Shown here: one piece after another, positions 58,621 to 64,000 of the stretch | Layout of the letters: each line of letters begins with the position of its first letter | How positions within the stretch are numbered: position 1 is the first letter of the stretch | DNA from: Thermoplasmata archaeon | GTDB lineage: Archaea > Thermoplasmatota > Thermoplasmata > Lutacidiplasmatales > UBA184 | Direction: 5' to 3' | DNA: 64,000 nucleotides | Assembly (NCBI GenBank): GCA_052326445.1 | Contig: JBKQNC010000007.1 | Coordinates: 4,690-68,689 of the forward strand | Made by a program: the position numbers and the translations under genes | The notes under the pieces: generated by a model | Told to the model about the DNA's origin: nothing | The model's input: only the letters and a program-made list of their open reading frames with translations | Databases searched by the model: none

Positions 58621-59163
58621 TCAATCCTTGGGGGCGAGCCCGACCAGCTCGAGGACATCCCCCTGGTTCCGGGCAAATTCCGCGCGCGGGATCGAGGCCA
58701 CCCGCCGGTAGGCCAACTCGCGCCAGATCGGGAGGTGGGGCGGACGGGCCGGTCCGCGGGCGACGAAGACGAAGTGAAGGTCCCAGTGGAGACCGTTGGC
58801 CCCTCCCTCCCGTCCAGGGTACGACTCGGAAAACACCCTCGGGTCGCTGAGGCCGTCGAGCTCCAGGCCCAGGAGCTCCCGTCCGAGCCGGCGGGCCGCC
58901 TCCCCAGGTCCCTCGAGCAGCATCAACTGGCTGGAGGGAAGCATCCACAAGTTCGTGAACCGGGCCACGCGCTCGGGGCCGATCCCCCCGAGCTCTCCCC
59001 AACGAGGGTCGGGCGCGATATGACCGAGCAACACCGAGGACGGGTCGGCGGGGTCGGTGAGGACCAGGAACGCGCTCAGGCACATCCCGGCCGGCGGGAC
59101 GGTGAACTCGTCCACCGCGGTCGGCGATACCGAGGGACGCAGTCGGGCGAACTTACGCGTCAT
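58621..59163 (-). CDS. Nudix-fold-like protein with degenerate Nudix box
   Basis: WMLPSSQLMLLEGPGEAARRLGRELLGLEL resembles GX5EX7REUXEEXGU but lacks the EE pair. The assignment is tentative. Confidence 0.4.
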   Translation of the reverse strand: MTRKFARLRPSVSPTAVDEFTVPPAGMCLSAFLVLTDPADPSSVLLGHIAPDPRWGELGGIGPERVARFTNLWMLPSSQLMLLEGPGEAARRLGRELLGLELDGLSDPRVFSESYPGREGGANGLHWDLHFVFVARGPARPPHLPIWRELAYRRVASIPRAEFARNQGDVLELVGLAPKD

Positions 59164-59278
59164 GGAGGCCGCTCCTTCGGATGCCGATTTGGGAGAAGTC
59201 TCTTGCGCCCGCCCCCTTGCCCCTCCCGTCGGGGTCAGGCATAAGAGGCGGACTTCATTCCGCCGCGAGGGATTTCGA

Positions 59279-60706
59279 ATGCCAGCCCGTTCGAAGGGAG
59301 CGAAGCGTACCGCCCGAGCCGCATCAACGGTCCGACGAGTTTCGACCTCCCCGACCGGACGTCGGGTCTACATGGTCACCGGCGGGGTCACGAAGTTCGC
59401 CAAAGCGCATCCCGCGATGGATTTCCGACTGATGGTGAAACGGGCCTACGACTACGCCCTCAAGGAGATCCCCAACCTGACCCGGGACCGGATCGACGGG
59501 ACCCGCATCTCGTACTTCTCCGACCACTTCTCCCGACAGTTGAAGGCGGCGAGCATGGTCCAGGACTACCTCGGGATGAACCCGAAGGGGTCGGTCCGCA
59601 TCGAGTGGGGCGGGGCCACGGGCGGGGAATGCTTCCAGGCGGCCTACGAGGCCGTCGCGAGCGGACGGATGGACGTCTGCCTCGCGGCGGGGTACGAGAC
59701 GATGAGCCGGGTCGCCACGTGGAAGGGGAACGAATTCATCGCCCTCGCCTCGGACACGAACTTCGATTTCCCCCTCGGCGGATTCTACACCGGGTACTAC
59801 GCACTGATGGTGATGCGCCACATCTACGAGTACCTGCGGTTGACGCGGTTCGCGCACGTCAAGGACGAACGGGAGGCGCAACGCCTCGCGATCCAGGAAG
59901 GGAGCCGGATCATGTCCCTCGTCTCCGTGAAGAACCACCGGAACGCGCTCCACAACCCGTACGCCCAGTACCCGAAGCGGCTCACGGTCGAGGAGGTCCT
60001 GAATTCCGAGATGATCAGCTACCCCCTCACTCGCGAACAGATCTGCACGATGAGTGACGGCGCCGCCGTGGCCATCCTCTGCTCCGAGTCGACCGCCCGG
60101 GAGTTCACGGACCGGCCGGTCCGGGTGACCGGGGTGGGGACCGGGACCGACACGATGCGGCTCTCCGACCGTCCGTTCGGCAAGGTCCCGCTGATGGCCC
60201 ACGAGACCGAGAAGGACTACGCGCACCTCCCCTACCCCGGCGTGCATTCGTTCCGGGCCGGGCGGGCGGCGGGTCTCGAGGCGTACCGGATGGCGGGGAT
60301 CACCGACCCGAACCGGCAGCTCGATTTCGTCGAGCTCCACGACGCCTACGCCTCGAGCGAGATCCAGACCTACGAGGACCTCGGGCTCTGCAAGTACGGA
60401 GAGGGGTACAGCTTCGTCGAGCGCGGCGACCCGTTCCTGAAGGGGATCGACTACGGCTTCCCGGTCCCTCGCGCCGGCGTGAACCCGGTCAACCCTTCGG
60501 GTGGTCTCATCGCTTGCGGCCACCCCGTCGGTGCGACCGGCCTGATGCAAGCCGTGTTCGCCTTCTGGCAGTTGCAGGGAACGATCCCGAAGCATTTCGG
60601 CGACACGACGCTCCAACTGAAGGACCCGAAGCGAGGCGCGATCCACAGCCACGCCGGAACGGGGTCGGCCGTGACGGTCTCCATCCTCGAACGGGGGTTC
60701 CGATGA
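59279..60706 (+). CDS. Thiolase-like (SCP-x/nonspecific lipid-transfer type) protein with basic N-terminal extension
   Basis: It starts at ATG 59279 (MPARSKGAKRTARAAS...). RVYMVTGGVTKFAK and C-terminal NPSGGLIACGHPVGATG are thiolase-family patterns. Confidence 0.75.
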   Translation: MPARSKGAKRTARAASTVRRVSTSPTGRRVYMVTGGVTKFAKAHPAMDFRLMVKRAYDYALKEIPNLTRDRIDGTRISYFSDHFSRQLKAASMVQDYLGMNPKGSVRIEWGGATGGECFQAAYEAVASGRMDVCLAAGYETMSRVATWKGNEFIALASDTNFDFPLGGFYTGYYALMVMRHIYEYLRLTRFAHVKDEREAQRLAIQEGSRIMSLVSVKNHRNALHNPYAQYPKRLTVEEVLNSEMISYPLTREQICTMSDGAAVAILCSESTAREFTDRPVRVTGVGTGTDTMRLSDRPFGKVPLMAHETEKDYAHLPYPGVHSFRAGRAAGLEAYRMAGITDPNRQLDFVELHDAYASSEIQTYEDLGLCKYGEGYSFVERGDPFLKGIDYGFPVPRAGVNPVNPSGGLIACGHPVGATGLMQAVFAFWQLQGTIPKHFGDTTLQLKDPKRGAIHSHAGTGSAVTVSILERGFR

Positions 60707-61227
60707 AGGCGCGTCCCCCCGTCTACACGAAGTTCCGCGACGTCCAGGCGGAACTCGCCAAGAGCGGCGCGGCGCTCTTCCGCGACCCGGACGGGGTCGA
60801 AAGCCTCGTGATCCGGTACCCGTACTCGATCGAGTACATCCACAGCTACGCGCAGGACTCCCCGTTCTTCCTCGCGCTCGCTGAGGGGAAGCTCCGGGGG
60901 TCGCGCTGCACGAAGAAATCGTGCAAGTTCGTGTACGCGACCCCGCGGAGCCACTGTATGGTCTGTAGCTCCCCGACCGAGTGGGTCGACCTTCCGACCA
61001 AGGGACGGATCCACACTTGGACGACGTGTCACTTCGGGAGCGAGGCGTTCCTGAAGGAGACACCGTACAACCTGGCGATGGTCGAGTTCGAGGGGGTCGG
61101 GAGCCTGCTCCTCGTGCGGTTGAAGGATGCGAAGGAGTCGGACCTGTACGTCGGCATGCCCGTGGAGGCCCGTTTCGACCCCGCACCGAAGTACTCGATC
61201 ACGGACGTATGGTTCGTTCCGGCCTAG
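60703..61227 (+). CDS. DUF35 OB-fold/zinc-ribbon acyl-CoA-associated protein
   Basis: Overlaps the thiolase-like gene as ATGA. Has the zinc ribbon CTKKSCKFVYATPRSHCMVCSS, then an OB segment GRIHTWTT...LAMVEFEG. Confidence 0.8.
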   Translation: MKARPPVYTKFRDVQAELAKSGAALFRDPDGVESLVIRYPYSIEYIHSYAQDSPFFLALAEGKLRGSRCTKKSCKFVYATPRSHCMVCSSPTEWVDLPTKGRIHTWTTCHFGSEAFLKETPYNLAMVEFEGVGSLLLVRLKDAKESDLYVGMPVEARFDPAPKYSITDVWFVPA

Positions 61228-61310
61228 TCCGCCCTCCCCGAGGGCCGGGGGCCTCGGCGCTCCACCCCGGTTTCGGAACGTCTATCTAGGGAAGCTCCCG
61301 TCCCTCCTGG

Positions 61311-61529
61311 GTGCCGCGACCGAGCGTTCCGCCGTCCTTCTCACGTCGAACGACCTTTTCGATAGCGGGGGTCATCGTCCTGGTCCTCCTGCTCGGATAC
61401 GTCCCCACCGCCGGCCCGACGCTCCCTTCGACCCAACCCGCAACTTTGGCCCCGGGGGCCGGCGTCGCTTCGGCCCTCTCGTCGCTCGAGACCGGAGCCG
61501 GTCCCGCCGCCGGCCACCCTCTCCAGTGA
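61311..61529 (+). CDS. Signal-anchor N-terminal segment of the Kelch/PKD surface protein, closed by in-frame TGA
   Basis: GTG 61311 lies 26 nt from the TATA-like TCTATCTAG. It encodes RPSVPPSFSRRTTFSIAGVIVLVLLLGYV (basic plus hydrophobic helix). It is in the same frame as the downstream Kelch ORF. Confidence 0.5.
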   Translation: MPRPSVPPSFSRRTTFSIAGVIVLVLLLGYVPTAGPTLPSTQPATLAPGAGVASALSSLETGAGPAAGHPLQ

Positions 61530-64000
61530 TCGGAGGGATCCGGGGACGCGGCGGACTGCAGCGCCTCCCCGTCGACCTCGGTCCACGGGAACTCCTCGCC
61601 CCAGTGGGCCGCGTTCGACCCCGGCCCCTCCTCCCAGGTTCCATATCCTCGGGAGTACTTCTCCATGGCCTGGGACGCCTCAGATGGGTACGTTCTCCTC
61701 TTCGGAGGGGGGTCGTACGCCCGGGGCCAGTACCTGCTGGCCGACACCTGGACGTACGTCGGCGGCGCCTGGACGCAGCTGTTCCCGTCCGTCGCGCCCT
61801 CCGCCCGAGACGCCGAGGGGCTCGCCTACGACCCCGCGCTCGGGAAGGTCGTGATGTTCAGTGGCTACCAGGATTACCTCACGGGGGGGTCGTTCGAGAC
61901 GAACGACACCTGGACATACCACGCCGGAGTCTGGGCGAACGTGACGGGCGGCCCCGCCCCACCCGGAATCTGGGGCGAAGGGATGGTCTACGACACCGCC
62001 GCCAGCGAGATCGTCCTGTTCGGCGGCTTCTCGGATGCCCTCGAGTGGGACCTGAACGAAACCTGGACGTACACCGCCTCCGGCTGGTCCCGGTTGTCGA
62101 CTCCGGTCGCCCCCGCCCCGCGCGAAAGGGCCGGAATGGCGTACGATGTGGCCGATTCCGACGTGGTACTCTTCGGGGGATACAACGCCAGTACGGAGGT
62201 GGACCTCAACGACACCTGGACCTTCGATTCCGGACACTGGACGAACATCACGCAGAGCCCGGCCCCCGTCGCCCGTTCCGGTTTCGGGATGGCGTACTCG
62301 GCGGCGCTCGGCAAGATTTTCCTGTTTGGCGGGTTCAACGACTCGACCAACGCGGCCTACGGGGACACCTGGAGCTTCACCGGCGATACGTGGACCCAGC
62401 TCACCCCGACCTTATCGCCGGCCAACCGCTCCGAGACGACCCTCGTCAACGACGAGAAGGATGGCACCCTCCTCCTGTTCGGCGGGCAATCGATCGGACG
62501 CACGGGCAACCGATCCTCGTGGAGCTTTGACGGAACCACCTGGACGGAAGTACTCCCCACGGCGGCTCCGACCGGGTCCGGGTTCGACGTGGCGACGTAC
62601 GACGGCCAGGACGGGTACGTCGTCCTCTTCGGAGGGTACAACGCGACCGGTAATTTCGTCAACACGACCTGGACGTTTGCGGACGGGGTCTGGCATCAGC
62701 TCTTCCCCGCCACCGCGCCCTCTCCCCGGGAGCTTCCGGCCCTGGTCTACGACCCGTCGCTCGGCAAGGTCGTCCTGTTCGGCGGGTACGCGTTCAACCC
62801 CCATACGGCCGTGGCCGCCTTCATCTCGGACACCTGGACGTTCTCCGGCGGCACGTGGACCAACGTCACCTCCACCGCCGGGACCCCTCCGCTGGCCCGG
62901 TTTGGCGCCGGCGCGACCTACGACCCCACGCTCAAGTCCGTCCTTCTTTTCGGAGGAGAGAGCTACAACACCACCTCGCTCCAGGACGAGGCGGACGGCG
63001 ACACCTGGACGTTCAACGGAACGTGGACCAACCTCCTCACCTCCTCGCCCGGGGCTCGCTACGGGGCGGGACTGGCGTGGGACCCCGAGCTGGGCGGGGA
63101 CCTCCTCTTCGGCGGGTTCAACGAGTCCGCGGTGTTCGGCGACACTTGGCTCTTCATCGAGGGCGGATGGTCTCCCCTCTTCCCCGCCGGTTCCCCGACG
63201 ACGCGGGGGTGGATGGGGATGACCTTCGACCAGGAGACCGGTTCGGTGATCCTCACGGGTGGGTACGCGGAGGTGGGCGAGTTCAGTGTGGGACCGATGA
63301 ACGACACCTGGACCTTTGCCAACGGGACCTGGACGATGGTGCCCCAGGTCACTCTCCCCGCCGCGCGTTACGCCTCGGCCCTGTTCTATGACCCGTCGGT
63401 GGGCAAGCTCATCAACTGGGGCGGAGAGAACGACGGCATGGCCCTGGGCGACTCGTTCGCCCTCGAGGAGGTCCGGGCTAGCGCCTCCGCGACTCCCACC
63501 TCCGGGACCGCTCCGTTGACGGTCGCCTTTGCCGGGAGCGGAAGTGGAGGTCAAGCTCCGTATTCCTACCTCTGGAACTTCGCGGACGGTACGGTGTCGA
63601 ACGCGTCCGCTCCCAGCCACACGTTCGGTCAAGCCGGGAATTACACCGTCTCCCTGACCGTGACCGACACCGGTGGGGTCGGCGCTACGACGAGCCTCGT
63701 TGTCCAGGTGACCCCTGCCCTGATCGTGAACGCCTTCCTCGCCCCCACCAAGGGTGTCGCCCCGCTCACGGTGACCTACTCGGTCGTGGTCGACGGGAGC
63801 GCACCCACTGCCGGGGTCTCCTGGACCTTCGGCGATGGGGTCGTGAGCTCGGTCCCGGACGGCAACCACACCTACGCGGGTGCGGGCACGTACTCCGCTG
63901 CCGCCTGGGTCAATGAGAGCGGCGCCGCCCCCTTCGTGGCCCACTTCGTCGTGACCGTAACTGCCTCATCCGGAGGAGGGGGAACCTCTCCGGGAAGTAG
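61530..64000 (+). CDS. Kelch-repeat beta-propeller + two PKD domains, surface protein, partial (runs off window end); first ATG at 61665
   Basis: It is absent from the ORF track because there is no in-window stop. My translation gives about 11 units of the form ...PxARxGxxxAYDxxxGxVVLFGG...DTWTFxxGxWT..., then PKD motifs (TAPLTVAFAGSGSGG...YLWNFADGT...HTFGQAGNYTVSLTVTD). There are many N-x-S/T sequons. Confidence 0.85.
61600..63450 (+). repeat. Tandem coding repeats (Kelch blades, about 150 nt each)
   Basis: There are at least six exact copies of GACACCTGGAC (the D-T-W core) plus close variants, at intervals of roughly 140-160 nt. Confidence 0.8.

Noticed and set aside
61527-61529. Selenocysteine as the reading of the in-frame TGA
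   Set aside because: The context (…GHPLQ-TGA-SEGSGD…) is a low-complexity linker, not a redox motif. I cannot see Sec machinery or evaluate a SECIS here. It stays a formal possibility inside the finding but is not favoured.
61600-63450. Regularly spaced DNA repeats that might suggest a CRISPR-like array
   Set aside because: The repeats are imperfect and in frame, and they encode Kelch blades (the DTW motif). No spacer/repeat architecture or cas genes are present.
59324-63944. 620-aa and 510-aa minus-strand ORFs opposite the thiolase-like and Kelch genes
   Set aside because: They are shadow ORFs with no motifs. The sense strands encode clear thiolase, DUF35, Kelch and PKD sequences.

Overview
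This is a 64-kb, very GC-rich (about two-thirds G+C by eye), gene-dense archaeal chromosome segment. Archaeal hallmarks include aEF-1alpha, Orc1/Cdc6, RNA polymerase subunit D, aMBF1, Pelota, diphthine synthase, isopentenyl phosphate kinase, TrmY and Elp3. The gene set looks euryarchaeal, possibly Thermoplasmatota-like, but lineage cannot be proven from this window. I call about 72 protein genes and one tRNA-Pro(CGG). I see no rRNA, CRISPR, transposase, integrase or phage genes. The high GC fills the six-frame track with long Arg/Gly/Pro-rich shadow ORFs. I picked real genes by family motifs, GC3 bias, TATA-like boxes about 25-30 nt upstream of start codons (many leaderless-type), and 4-nt stop/start overlaps. 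Four coding regions are missing or truncated in the ORF track. Two are large surface proteins that run off the window edges (1..2190 minus; 61530..64000 plus). One is a 35-codon kdpF (14513..14620). One is the conserved N-terminal 71 codons of the GMP synthase glutaminase subunit, which has no ATG/GTG/TTG and apparently starts at CTG. Functional themes: (i) isoprenoid and membrane-lipid metabolism (IPK-IDI2, UbiX, two thiolase/DUF35 pairs, a Tes-like radical SAM enzyme, archaetidylserine synthase/decarboxylase, a Dpm1-like GT2); (ii) kdpFABC plus a tandem USP gene; (iii) translation and transcription (rps13-rps4-rps11-rpoD, tuf-rps10, serS, Pelota, Elp3, TrmY, Dph5); (iv) a CdrS/CdrL-like RHH gene upstream of a divergent ftsZ; (v) assorted transporters and housekeeping enzymes. 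The most notable observations are: a single in-frame TGA separating the export signal from the Kelch/PKD propeller of a surface protein; the CTG start in a CTGA overlap; a catalytically dead HMG-CoA-synthase-like half-domain fused to DUF35 next to a thiolase; uS13 with long low-complexity extensions at both ends; and several tightly coupled gene chains that mix unrelated functions around unknown membrane or Cys-rich proteins.
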